A stretch of DNA of 63,552 nt, counting the filler, from Diploschistes diacapsis (taxonomy: Eukaryota): NCBI GenBank assembly GCA_023645945.1. It is 14 parts of 14 records of this genome, joined end to end, with 100 filler letters (N's around TTAATTAATTAA, not from the genome) between each part and the next. Parts side by side here need not be neighbours in the genome. Positions count along the whole stretch, not along the records: positions 1 to 21,972 come from JALAIB010000293.1; positions 22,073 to 23,606 come from JALAIB010002931.1; positions 23,707 to 25,239 come from JALAIB010002932.1; 11 more parts are not named here. The stretch is one strand, 5' to 3'. Shown here piece after piece: positions 12,057 through 24,565 of the stretch (position 1 is its first letter; each line of letters begins with the position of its first letter). A program made the position numbers and the translations under genes. Under the pieces are notes generated by a model. That model ran no database searches and had not been told where the DNA came from. It was given only the letters and a program-made list of their open reading frames with translations.

Positions 12057-14274
12057 ATGGCCGGATCCATCCGCAAGATGATTTCAGTCCTTCTTTCGAC
12101 CGTTTGGATCCTTGCGCTCTTCGCGACAGGACAACAATTTACATCTCCAACCACCGTGACAGGTCTATAGCTCGAGCTCGTCTAGGTTGGATAGGTGGCT
12201 AAAGCTGCATAGTCAATGGAAAGGCGTTTCCGACGCTCATGTACGCTTCGATCGAAGAGCTGGCTACTGGCCTTGAAAGCGGACAGTTTACGAGCGTCGA
12301 TCTTGTTACTGTGATTTCCTTCCTCGAACACTTCTCACGCGTGGAGACTAAGGCATCCCAGGCATACTCCGCTAGGATACTCGAAGTCAATGGAACGCTC
12401 AATGTGGTTACCGAGATCAACCCGGACGCTGTGGCCATCGCTGCTCAACTCGACGCCGAGAGAGCGAACGGCACTATTAGGGGGCATGTAACATCGTCTC
12501 GTTTGTCGGAAGAATGCTTAATGTCGCAGCCCTCTTCATGGATTGCCAATTCTTATAAAGGTTGGGGCTTAGTCTTATAAGAGCAAGTTGTGCTGTTCTA
12601 AATATCTTCATAGAATAATATCGCTACCATGGACAAGATGAACAACACTGGTAAGTCAGTTTCCAATAAATGAAAATAGCACCTTATGTCACAATAATCA
12701 TTACTCCTAACCTACCTCCGAATTGTGGTAATGCTTGCTAATATTGACTATGATAGCGGGATCGTTCGCGTTATATGGAGCGACTGTTCCTCGAGACTCA
12801 GGAGTGGCTGCCAAGTTACGGGCCGCTGGAGTCGTAATCCTTGGGAAGGCGAATTTGAGTCAATGGGCAAACTTCCGGTCCAACAATTCCACGAACGGGT
12901 GGAGCGCCTACGGTGGACAAGTAACTGGCGCATATTACCCAAACATGGATCCTAGTGGAAGCTCGAGCGGATCCGGGGTGTCTTCCAGCATTGGGCTTGC
13001 TGTTGCTGCGTTGGGAACAGAAGTATGACCTTGCGTCCCTCCTCACTTTGATCGCTAATGGACTGTAGACCGACGGGTCCATTCTCAGCCCCAGCTCTGT
13101 CAACAATCTTGGTACGCCACGTGTATTGGGCTTTTTCTACTTGCGGCTGACCTTGGATGTAGTTGGAATCAAGCCTACAGTAGGCCTAGTTTCACGTAGT
13201 CTCATCATTCCCATTTCACAGCGTCAGGACACTTGTGGTCCTATGGCTCGAAGCGTCAAAGAGTGAGACCGTTTTCTTCTGTTGGCTAGTATAGCTAGCT
13301 AACTGGGATCGCTAGTGCGGCTTATGTGTTGGCGGCCATTGCCGGAAAGGATCCCTACGATAATTATACGTCTGCAATCCCTTTCGACACTATTCCGGAC
13401 TATGTAGGTTCATTGAATTTCTCCTCCCTTAGCGGCAAGCGCATTGGTATTCCTCGCAATGTGATTACTCGAGAATCCGGAGATGGCCCGGTACTGGCGA
13501 GCTTTACCCAAGCAATCAAGGTGATCAAGTCCGCAGGAGCAACCGTCATTGACAATTTAATGATTACCGCCGATGCGGAAAACGAGTATCTTAATGGTAA
13601 TGCCTCGGCGATTGTGCTGGATGGGGACTTCGTCTCAGACCTTCCAGGACGCTACTTGTCCTTATTGGTGTCTAATCCTAACAACATCACCAACCTCCAG
13701 CAAGTCCGAACATTCACGCAGCACTTCAAACAAGAGGATTACCCAGACCGAGATACTGGTGTCTGGGACCAGAGCCTAGCGCTTGGCTTCAATAACACAA
13801 GCCCACAGTTTTGGGCAGCCTACCAACGAAACCTGCAGATAGCGGGACCTGAAGGGATCCTCGGCCTTATGCAAAACCACAGTCTAGACGCTCTGATTTT
13901 GCCGACCGACTTTAGTCCTGATCTGCCGGCTCGCCTTGGTACTCCGGTTGTCACTGTGCCTATGGGCTCCTACCCATCGAACACGATGGTGGTCTACAAC
14001 GACCGCCATACTCTAGTAGAGAATGGCCCAAACATCCCGTAAGCGCTCTAAACTCTTTACCAGTAAACACAACAAGCTTACGGCGCGTACCAGATACGGA
14101 CTGAGTTTCATTGGCCGCGCGTGGAGCGAGGCTGAGTTGATCGGTTACGCCTACGCTTACGAACAGCGGACGATGGTCAGGAACACCGTACTTCCTTATA
14201 TTCAGCCGAATATTGAGCTTTCGGATGTCGTGAGAGCGAACAGCTCCATGAAGATCAAGCGACATGCATTCTAA
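12057..14274 (+). CDS. Secreted amidase-signature family enzyme, 10 exons
   Basis: Exons 12057-12162, 12213-12310, 12362-12483, 12530-12560, 12614-12650, 12757-13022, 13069-13111, 13163-13262, 13316-14038, 14094-14274 splice in frame. Signal peptide; motifs GPLHGLPILIKNN (catalytic Lys), GKANLSQW, GSSSGS, GTETDGSI, GIKPTVG, QDTCGPM. Confidence 0.95.
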
Positions 14275-14971
14275 AACGATGGCTTGTAGGGCTACCAATA
14301 CAGAATCGTCTTCATCAAGGTCATCCAAGGGGAAGTATAATAAAGCTTGGATAGTAGAGATACCATGTATGATTTAGCACATTAAGGAAATCTCAAACAG
14401 TGTTGCCTCGAAGTACCAGTCACGTTGTAAATTTCAGGCTCATGGTCCCATGTGCATGCTTGCGTGCAATACGGAGTAGCTCTTGCTAAGAGATAGGTAG
14501 CATATTCCTCGTCGTACGGAGTACACCCAGTGTAGGTACTACCTAGTACGGTAGTAGCTAGGTAGCTGCAGAGCAACCCCTCCTAAAGGATGATGGAGGT
14601 TCGGAACTCGTGAAGACCAACAGAAGTTAATGGAAATGGAATAATGGTGGGACCAAACGGCTAAGGTTCGCGAATATCACATGCAAAAGCTTCCAAGACT
14701 CTTGTGAATCCTCAACCTCCTCTTTTTGGACAGCAATGCGCTTGTTCTCGTGAGTCTCACTCGTATTATGTATTGAACTTTAAACCTTCATTTTAGCTCT
14801 TCTTTTCTTTGCCTCATTTCCATTCACCGTTCCAATTTCCGCCTTCCCTCACGCCGCAATCTCGAGTCTTTAAGCTCCGCAATCTCACCACTTACATTCC
14901 AGGCAGCAGTACACGGAAGCTGTCATGCTTCACTAAGCGACATCTGTCGCCTCAGACCGCCACGCAAAACC

Positions 14972-16118
14972 ATGGCGGACTCTAACAACATTATCCGACC
15001 TCTTCCCCAACGTGTCTGGCAAATCGCTCCAGCTTCGTCTGACCCTCCAAGCCCGGCGTCGCCAGCGGAGGAGGCACAAGAGGCGGAAAAGGAGAGCAAC
15101 AACATTTCGCCCAGTCGGACTCGATCCATACTAAACCTTACTTCCTCGACGCTCTTCGGCATATACTCGCCCTCGAGTCCGGACGGAGGATACAGTCAGG
15201 GCAACACGCCATGGGCCACGGGATCCATGACGCCGCAGACGCCTGCGTACAGTTCCCAGGCGTTCTTCGAAGACCAGAGCAGTCCGACGATCGGAGCCTT
15301 CGAGCGGCCTCAGCTTCGGCCCACGCCCCACCGTCCACGACACAAGCCGCTGTTCTCCGGCAAAGTTGTTCCGCTGGCATTGCGGAGCACGTTGCTTTTC
15401 CTTTCGGGTGTCGTGTACGGTGTTATGGTAACATATCTACATGAGAACGAGACCTTGACGCCGGTGAAGCTGGAGGGTGTCCACAGACATACATGGCAGT
15501 ATCTACTATTTTGGGGCTCCGCGAGCGTTATTATGGGCAACATGCTGCCTTGGCTGGATGTGCTCTTTGAGGAAACCTCGAGCACGGACAAGGCAGTGAA
15601 CGGCCCCCGGCCCAGAACGAATAAGATGAACGCAGAGAACAGGAGACAAGCGAATGCAGAGAGCGGGACAGGTGCGAATGTCAGTGCAGATTGGTTCCCA
15701 GCCGTCCGCGGCATTGGCGTCTTCATTGGGATAGCATATGCTATTGTGAGCACCGCCCCCCCCCTTCCCAAAAGCTATTCGTAGACACAAAGCTAATCCT
15801 ACACAGAGGAGGTTACCGTGGGAATCCACATTGCAGGCCACCTTGACTCTTGTCCTTGTTAATCCAGTCCTGTGGTACATCGTCGACCGGTCGAGGGTGG
15901 GCTTCATAGTCCCCGTGTTTGCGGCATTTGCGGGCACACTACTGTTCACGGCGATCAACCCCAAGATCTTGCCAGCATCGGATCCTGTGCAGCCGAGTAG
16001 CCTGATCACTTCGGAAATGATTGGCGTTTCTACTTGGGTAGCAAGCGTGATATTCTGCAGCTGCGTTTGTTTTAGCAGCATTGGAAAGAGGCTAGCATTC
16101 TGGAGTGATGGATTATAA
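14972..16118 (+). CDS. INSIG-family (Nsg1/Nsg2/Ins1-like) sterol-regulatory membrane protein
   Basis: Exons 14972-15745 and 15807-16118. Motifs SRTRSILNLTSSTLFGIY, VRGIGVFIGIAYAIRRLPWESTLQ, LVLVNPVLWYIVDRS and CSCVCFSSIGKRL are typical of fungal INSIG proteins. Confidence 0.9.
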
Positions 16119-16951
16119 AGATTGGCACGGTATATATTTGCATGACACAGCCGGATACCAATGTAGACATTCTTACCTACGAAAGTTTGTTGAGATGAAT
16201 GGTATTACTGTACACAGTGCCGGATAACACATGTTGAGAGTGGCCTGACCGGCAAGCTCCTCACAAGCCGATCACCAGACAAAGGCAATCAAGCATCCCA
16301 CAGATCGGACCACTTGTAATGCTAAGAAAAACCCCCCCTTGTGGACCACCAGCTCCATTCCCGTAACTCAAGCCACAATCCCAAGTCCAGAGTTCAGATT
16401 GTATGTAGTATTGCCCGAGTAAGCTCACGTTGCGCACACAAGAAGCTTGTATTGTACGACCGATCATTGCGGTCCCCTCCACACACAAAGGAAGAAGAGC
16501 ACCGCACCCAAGATCAGCCCCCGATAAAGCTCGTTCTCCATTCTCGTAGACGATTTCCATATGTCATGGCGTTTTGCAGCTCGTAGGAATGCTTTTATTG
16601 AGAATGTTGGTTTTTAAGCGTTGTTCATGTGGAAAGGAAGAAGAGAAGTTGAAGGGGGGGAAATTTGGGATTTTGAAGATGCTGGGGGTAAAGCTTGGCG
16701 ACTCTAGCCGCATTGAGAAACGCTCAAGGTGCTCAGGACTCGGAATTGGAAGAACTTCTCTCCTCGCTTAATGGGGGTTTCCGCGCCAAGAATTATGGGG
16801 GTTTTTTTGGTGGGATGGAGGGGTGAAACCCACCACCACAAAATTCTGACGCGATCGCTCTGATAGCATTCATGTGGTTAGGCATTGCCCTACCGCTTTG
16901 AATACTAGATCTATTTCAAAAACAAAGTCGCACTGGATAGGCTAGGCCATC

Positions 16952-18946
16952 ATGGCTGAAGCAGCGCCAGCTTCGTCCGCGCAGAAAACGGGTAAGTACC
17001 GGCTTCTCTCTGGTCTGCGCGGCGAATAGAGCAGTGACTCTGGATACCAATAGCGATCCTCTCCGTCTACGACAAGACTGGCCTGCTAGATCTTGCAAAA
17101 GCCCTGGTCGAGAAAAATGTTCGCCTTCTCGCTTCTGGTGGGACAGCGCGGATGATCAGAGAAGGAGGGTTTCCAGTCGAGTATGGAAGGAACTCATTTC
17201 TTCAATTCATTCGTTGCTGATTCTTTGCAGAGATGTCACGTCAATCACGCACGCCCCTGAAATGCTGTCTGGTCGAGTAAAGACCCTTCATCCAGCGGTT
17301 CATGCCGGCATACTCGCGCGGAATATCGAGTCGGACGAGAAGGATCTGGCAGAACAGAAAATTGACAAAGTTGACTACGTGATATGCAACCTCTACCCTT
17401 TCAAAGACACAGTCGCAAAGATCAACGTCACAGTACCGGAAGCAGTTGAGGAGATTGACATTGGCGGCGTCACACTGATCCGTGCTGCAGCAAAGAACCA
17501 TGCTCGCGTCACGATACTGAGTGACCCGAAGGATTACCCAGAGTTCCTGAAAGAGCTTGATCGAGGCGACATCTCTGAAAAAAGCAGGAAAGTATATGCA
17601 CTGAAAGCCTTTGAGCAGACAGCAGAGTATGATGGCGCGATTTCCGAGTTCTTCCGCAAAAAGTACGCTGGCGACGGTCAGCAGCAGCTCACACTTCGTT
17701 ATGGCGCCAACCCACATCAATCTCCTGCATCGGCTTCCATGAAGCAAGGGCCTCTTCCCTTCAAAGTTCTCAACGGCGCTCCTGGCTACATCAACCTCCT
17801 CGACTGCCTCAACGCCTGGCCGCTGGTGAAAGAGCTCAAGGTGGCCCTGGACACCCCTGCTGCTACCTCCTTTAAGCACGTTTCTCCCGCCGGTGCCGCC
17901 ATTGGCGTCCCACTTAGCGACCTCGAAGCGCGTGTCTACATGGTCGAGGACATCGAAGGCCTTTCTTCTTCTCCTCTGGCCCAAGCTTACGCCCGAGCTC
18001 GCGGCGCGGATCGGATGTCCTCTTTCGGCGATATCATCGCTCTTTCCGACACATGCGACGTGCCCACCGCCAAGATCATCTCTCGCGAGGTGTCCGACGG
18101 CATCGTCGCGCCCGGCTACGAGCCCGATGCCCTCCGCATCCTATCCTCAAAAAAGGGCGGAAAATACATGGTCCTCGAGATCGACCCCGAGTACGAACCT
18201 CCTCCCATCGAGACCCGCAACGTGTATGGCGTGGGCCTAAGCCAAGGCCGCAACGACTTCCGCATCACCCCCTCCGACACGTTTAGTTCCATCATGGTTC
18301 CCAAGAACTCCGAGCCTCTTCCCAAAAATGCCCTGCGCGACCTCACAGTCGCCACCGTCGCCCTCAAATACACGCAGTCGAACTCCGTCTGCTATGCTCG
18401 TAACGGGCAGGTCGTAGGCCTCGGTGCCGGGCAGCAGAGTCGCATCCACTGCACGCGGCTGGCGGGCGACAAGGCGGACAACTGGTGGATGCGGTTTCAC
18501 GAGAGGTGCCTGGATATCAAGTGGAGGAAGGGCGTCAAGAGGCCGGAAAAGAGCAATGCGATCGATCTGCTAGCTAGTGGGCTGGTGCCGAGCAAAGAGG
18601 AGGGCGGACCGGAGAGGGAGGATTTCGAGAAGAACTTTGAGGAGGGGAGCGTGCCGGAAGGGTTCACCCAGGAGGAGAGAAGGAGCTGGCTGAGGGGGAT
18701 GGACGGGGTAGCGGTTTCGAGCGATGCTTTTGTGCGTCCCTTTTGTTCTTGTGTTTGCATGAGGCTGCCTGCTTACTTGCTGTGCTGTAGTTCCCCTTCA
18801 CGGACAACATATTCCGTGCGGCCCGCTCGGGGGCCAAGTATGTTGCTGCACCGACGGGCAGCCAGAACGATCAGGCGGTCTTCGAGACGGCGGAGAAGCT
18901 GGGCATTACGTTTGTTGAGCAGAGGGTACGGCTTTTCCATCACTAG
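16952..18946 (+). CDS. ADE17: Bifunctional AICAR transformylase / IMP cyclohydrolase (PurH/ATIC)
   Basis: Exons 16952-16991, 17054-17180, 17231-18731, 18791-18946. Motifs [73 protein letters not shown]. Confidence 0.98.
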
Positions 18947-20027
18947 GTTTGGGGGGAGGAGACGGGTTATTCGTTGGAGGGAGCTCAGACGAAAGGAGGT
19001 CTGAATGGGATGAAATGGGATGGGCGGGAAACTGTGCATTGAAAAAGCGAGGCGTTGGCACTGCATGATGATGATAGAAAGACAGACGGGGGATTCTGGC
19101 CCGAGTAAAAAAATGCTGAATTTCGACATTCATTTGCCTTTTCGAGCACAACCATCCGCGAATGTTTATGTAAAGATGATAAGAATGACTTTAAACATGT
19201 TTTTACTATGCATTGTCTATTCGATATAGAGGAAAGGTTCCGATTCACAACCTCTTATTGGTGGTGACGGGTAGGTCAAGGGAGACGTGGGAGATGAGCG
19301 GATAAATAGATTGACCGATAAAATAAGAAGCCTGAGAGTCAATAGATCGATGGTTTCAGATTAGCGCAAAACGCTCCGCTTGAGAGTTTGAAACACGCTA
19401 AAACGCTAGAACATGACTTGTCCCAGTTTGGCAAATTGGCAGCCAGACTGGGATTAGTTGGCCAATCATGCATGCAATATATCACACTTTTGTCATTCCC
19501 CCTTTTGGCTTTTGGCCTTTGGCCTTTGGGTGTTGATCTACGCGCGAATGTTTTCTTGCTCCTTCCTGGTGGCTGTTTCGGGCATTGGCCATTGGTACTT
19601 TGTGTCGAGCATGTCGTCCTTGAGCCTCTCGGCCGGCCTGTAATCTCTAATCTCCAATCTGACCATAGTTGTATGAGTAAGCTTCTACATCATCCCCGTT
19701 CTCCCGACGGTAAAAGCCATCGTGGTTACGAATCAGGCCTGGGAGCACTCCCGCTCTGAAAACACGCTAGGAGACATCTAGCCTGGTATATGTTCTGCCA
19801 TGGACCTACTCTCTTCCTATCATCATCATCCTATTCACTCACTTTGTGTGTTTTCTTTCGCTTTGGACGTCTGAGCTTTGACATTGCTCATTGGCGACTT
19901 TCATTAATTTGACTCGGAGTCTTTCTTTAATAACTTCTCACTCCTTCAGCGACTGCGACTGCGTAGATCGTACAGTCGTCAATACTCGGCCCAGAAATCT
20001 CTTCACTTCAAATCCTCTCTTTGCAGC

Positions 20028-21291
20028 ATGTACTCCCTCCAAGTAGCAGCTGTTGCTATTAGCATCCTCTCACTAGGCTCTGCTGCACCTTTCATCAAGC
20101 GTGATAGTCTTGCCCAGGCGGGCTTCAAGATCAGCCAGGTCGCCAACCCCAGCTTCACTGGTCGCAATGGCCCAGCCCACTATACAAAGGCCGTAGCCAA
20201 GTACGCCGTTACCGCGAACTCCACCGTCACCACCTCCACGAACGACGCTACCGTTGCTGGTGGCTCCGCGGTACTCCGCGCTAGCGTCGGCGCGACCACC
20301 GAGACCGCCAACATCTACGGCGACGGCAACACGATCCAGGAATACCTCTGCCCCGTCACCATCGGCAGCAAGACCTTTACGCTCGACTTCGATACCGGGT
20401 CCTCGGATCTTTGGGTAAGTCTCATAATTACAAGCTCCGTCGGCTTTGTCGGAGACTCGAAGCTAATCAACCCTTCAGATCGCCGGCTCCTCCATTGCCA
20501 ACGTCTCGAACCCCTACAAACCCACCGTCTCCGCCGTTTCCGGCTCCTCCTGGCAGATTCAGTACGGCGACGGTTCTACTGCATCCGGCAACGTGTACCT
20601 CGACACGGTAACGGTTGGCAACGCCGCCGTGACCGAGCAAGCCGTCGAACGCGCCGAGACCGCCGGCGCCTCTTTCTTCGCCGGGGGCAACGACGGCCTT
20701 CTCGGCCTGGCCTTCTCCAACATCAATACCGTTACTCCCAAGCCCGTCAAAACCTGGTTCGACACCGCCGTTGCGCAGGGCCTGCCCGCCGTCTTCGCAG
20801 CCGACCTCTCCGAGAGCGGCGCCGGAAGCTACGACTTCGGCCAGGTCGACGACTCCGCCTACACCGGCAGCCTCGCGTACACGGACGTCGACAGCTCGGA
20901 GGGGCTGTGGATGTTCACGCCCGACTCGGGCGAAACCGGCATTGCCGATACCGGCACGACCCTCATCCTGCTCTCCGACGACGCGGTCAAGAACTACTAC
21001 GGCAGCCTCGCGGCGTACAACGAATGGCTGGGCGCGTATCTCTTCGACTGTAACACCACCCTGCCGGACTTCAGCATCACCATCGCGGGGTACAAGGCTA
21101 CCGTTTCCGGTGCGGCGATGAACTTCTCCACGGTCGGCGACGGCTTGTGCTACGGCGGGATCCAGAGCAGGATGGGCAATCCGTTCTCGATCTACGGCGA
21201 TGTTTTCCTGAAGACGCAGTACGTCGTGTTCGACCGGAGGTCCGGGAGCCCGAAGCTGGGGTTTGCGGCAAAGGCGACGCAGAGAAGCTAG
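20028..21291 (+). CDS. Secreted pepsin-like aspartic protease (family A1, aspergillopepsin/endothiapepsin-like), 399 aa
   Basis: Exons 20028-20414 and 20479-21291. Signal and propeptide; catalytic LDFDTGSSDLW and GIADTGTT; flap IQYGDGS; DGLLGLAF; IYGDVFLKTQYVVFD. Confidence 0.95.
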
Positions 21292-21972
21292 ATGGGCAGA
21301 TCGAACGTGACGGTGCTTGATGGCTGAAGCGGGGAGCGGTCGGGATGGACGAGAGGCGAGGGAAAAATGGAGTTGTCTGGACCAGGTGGTGGCGAGGGGG
21401 GTGACCCGACCTCTGGCTATGGACCGATGTCGATAACTCATGACTTCGATGGAAGCGGGTCAATCTGTAAATATTACTCAGTAAAGAAGTGATCACCATC
21501 TGCGCGTGCTCGGAATCTGGGAAATCGAGCCGTTCGTGTCGTGCATGCTGGGCTCGGGCCGCGTGCTAGGTATGTGCCACAGTCTTCCAAGTGCAAGTGT
21601 TCTACGACGATAGGGATTCACACAGGCTTGGGAACAAGAAAAAAGAAGCAGGTACAGCGTGTATGACTGCGCTCTACATCGTCGTGTCCACACGATTGGT
21701 CGCAGAGGGGAAGATGCCAGCATCAGCCTCCTGAATCCAAGACTCCATATATATACGTTGATATGCACGGAGGAAGGAATCAAACCGAACTCGAAAAAAC
21801 GAGGAGGGGGAGGGCTCTTGAGAACCTCTGGCTGGCTATCTACCGCAGGCCGGAAAGAAAGCACGCCGCCACGCCTTATTCCACAGTAATAACAACACCA
21901 AGAGCAACGCAGGCAAAGACACCCAAGAAACTATTCGAATGCTCACTCTGCTGCTTCTTTTAACACCCCCCC

Positions 21973-22072
21973 NNNNNNNNNNNNNNNNNNNNNNNNNNNN
22001 NNNNNNNNNNNNNNNNTTAATTAATTAANNNNNNNNNNNNNNNNNNNNNNNNNNNNNNNNNNNNNNNNNNNN
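21973..22072. other. Artificial contig linker (44 N + TTAATTAATTAA + 44 N); 13 copies in the window
   Basis: Identical 100-bp linkers at 21973, 23607, 25240, 26872, 28504, 30132, 31760, 33388, 35016, 36643, 58672, 60299 and 61926. The 12-mer gives stops in all six frames. Confidence 0.99.
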
Positions 22073-22145
22073 ATATAATTACAACTCGTACGTATCGAGA
22101 AGGTTGTCCGCTCGATATAAGTGTCCGCTTGCTATGCATATACGT
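22073..22145. mobile_element. Terminal inverted repeat of a Fot1/pogo-type DNA transposon (same family as 32813)
   Basis: Reverse complement reads TA|ACGTATATGCATAGCAAGCGGACAC..., matching TA|ACGTATATGCATAGCGAGCGGA at 32811. TA target dinucleotide at 22146-22147. Confidence 0.75.
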
Positions 22146-22673
22146 TACATCTATTGTAAATATTACTTACAATATTAATTAAAAGAATTATTATAACAAA
22201 AGATATTTATCAGCATTTTATATAAAATCGGACGAGGGTAAAAAACGATTAAAAGACGAAACTGAATCGATAAAAATAACGTAATGTCGTTAATATAAAT
22301 TACCGACGATTTTTTTAAATTAATTAAAAAACGTCGTATTCCGCCAGCGAGAAATTAAAGAAATTCAACGGGTAATAAACGAAAAACGTGCGGAAATAAA
22401 AAACGAAAATAAGTTATCATAAAAAAATTCCGTGTTAAAAGTAAGCCAAAAAAATGTAATAAACCCGACGATAATATACGTTTCATTTAACTCGAAATTG
22501 AATCGAACGAGTCCCGAAGGCCCCGAGTCGTTTTAAATAAATTTAAATCGATTAACGAGTTGGTTATCCGTTTTGAACTTATAATTTACTCGGTCAGAAC
22601 GTTCTTAATAATCCGGGGTTTATATAAGTTTAAACGTTAATAATCGAAAACATTATCAGGCTTTATACCTATA

Positions 22674-23606
22674 ACGTGGATGCATAGTGAGTGGGCCAAC
22701 ACAGTGAGTGGGCCATCCAATTAGTATCGTACGATCTCACATGATCGCATTATCATTATTACTATAATAAATAAATCGTACGATACGAATTTTATTAAAC
22801 AAACACTGTTTTATCGTTTAGACATGTACGCGCATTATGTCTTATTGCGTGACAATTATTATAGCGCCGCGTAATTATTTCGGTATGTTTCGTACGATCG
22901 TTATTTACGCGCGTTTCGCTTTTTAATTATTATATAACTTCCTTTTGTTTTATTAGATCTTTTGTATTTTTTATAATAAAGGTTCTTTCTTCTCGTACGC
23001 GTGTTTTTTTTTCGCGTTGACGTTTATTAAACGTACGATTAACGGTTTTAAGTTAATTAATACGATTTTTTATTAATATTATTTAATATATAACCGTGCT
23101 CGTACCTTTTAACATTTAATTTATAATTTTATAAATAGATGTTAGAGAGTTACTATAGTATTTAACGATTCTATTTTCATTATATTCGGTATGCGTAAAA
23201 GCTTCGTACGAAATTTATGATATTTAATATACCTAAGGGCTGCCATTTGCGGAAAAAGATTTAAAAGATATAGACGTACGAAGTTTTATATTAAGCTTCC
23301 AAATAATTAATTACGGATCGAATGGAACAAGTTTTGTTTTTCGGAAATCTTTTCGTACGTTTTATTCGCTAAAAGATGCGTAAAACGCGTCTTTAAACGC
23401 GGCTAAGAATTCGACATTTAATGATATAATTAATATATATACGGATTAAATCTTCGATTTACTTGCCGTACGCACGTTTTAAAGAATTAAAGCAACCGAC
23501 ATTCAATGTTTAAAATATATAAAATAAATAAGTAGATATATAAAGCGTTATAATCGCGTTAATTTTATAATATTCCTCGAATTTATACGAATGATGGTTT
23601 TTATAA
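22674..23606 (-). mobile_element. RIP-degraded Fot1/pogo-type transposon, 3' end
   Basis: TA|ACGTGGATGCATAGTGAGTGGGCCAACACAGTGAGTGGGCCATCC TIR with internal direct repeat (Tan1/Vader-like architecture). Minus strand retains the transposase C-terminal knuckle relic RRYNNCHAIRHNARTC (~22820-22870). Confidence 0.8.
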
Positions 23607-23706
23607 NNNNNNNNNNNNNNNNNNNNNNNNNNNNNNNNNNNNNNNNNNNNTTAATTAATTAANNNNNNNNNNNNNNNNNNNNNNNNNNNNNNNNNNNNNN
23701 NNNNNN

Positions 23707-24565
23707 CGGTAGAAACGAAGGGCGAAAAAGAATAAAAGATCGAGGAAATTTTCGACGTTAAGAGAAACCCCGGGCGAGAAATGAACGTCTAATATAGGAT
23801 ATATTGAGTAAAATGGTTTATCGACGATAATTAATATCCCGCCGTTAATTTCGAAAATATTCTCGAGATTTTACGAGAATTTTATTAATTAAATTCCGAA
23901 AAGATAAGATCTTCGTGATTAATAATACCCGGGGATAAACAACCTACGTTAATAAAAATTATAAACGGGAACGAATTTTTAAAATAAGGCGGTATTGATT
24001 ATTACGACGATTATATTTTTTTATAAAATTTAAGAACGTATTTAATTAAAAACGACGCTGAAAGAAGTTTAAAGAAACGGAAACATCTATTATAAAAGAA
24101 CAACGGGTATCCTTTTAAATAAATTAGAAAAAGAAATGAAAATCGAGGTAGAAATTGATTAAAAAAGAATATCGCGTTTATAAGAAACATAAGTATCTAA
24201 AAAAGGGGGTAGTAAGACAGCCTAATTTAAGGGCTTGTTAAGCCACGGCAAGATTAATGCCCAGATGCTTGCCAAGCCACGGCAGGGTCAATGCCCAGGT
24301 GCTTGCCAAGCCACGGCAAGGTCAATGCCCAGGTGCTTGCCAAGACACGACAGGATCAGGAAATGGCTGTATAGATAGGTAATCCCCGAACCCCGGTAGG
24401 CTGGCATTTATATTACTTAACGGTGCCCTCCTCTCACTTAGATAGTTTCTTCTTCAGCTTTTCGAATCGAGACCTTTTACCTGTAGATGCCCAAGCTACA
24501 CCTAATCCTTCCGGATCAGGCCCAGCCCCCGGTAGAGTAACATCCTTTCCTGCGCTGGCGTTTCA
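23707..24565 (+). mobile_element. Chromovirus (Ty3/gypsy) 3' end: chromodomain relic, PPT, 3' LTR 24213-24565
   Basis: Translation EKE*KIEEIFDV...YRIY*VKWFIDDN*YPAVNFENILEILREFY (Trp/Gln codons turned to stops). Purine tract AAAAAAGGGGGTAG, then LTR ending GGCGTTTCA. Confidence 0.85.
24233..24354 (+). repeat. 34-bp tandem repeat (~3.5 copies) inside the LTR U3
   Basis: GCTTGCCAAGCCACGGCAAGGTCAATGCCCAGGT-type units start at 24233, 24267, 24301 and 24335 (partial). Confidence 0.92.

Noticed and set aside
17241..17984. 247-aa antisense ORF in ADE17 (likewise 20467-21441 antisense to the protease)
   Set aside because: Shadow ORFs expected from GC3-biased coding on the opposite strand.
22017..22028. 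TTAATTAATTAA repeated at ~1.63-kb spacing, superficially an array
   Set aside because: Always centred in 44+44 N; it is a six-frame-stop assembly linker.
24233..24354. 34-bp repeats as a CRISPR array
   Set aside because: Head-to-tail with no unique spacers, inside an LTR, eukaryotic context, no cas genes.
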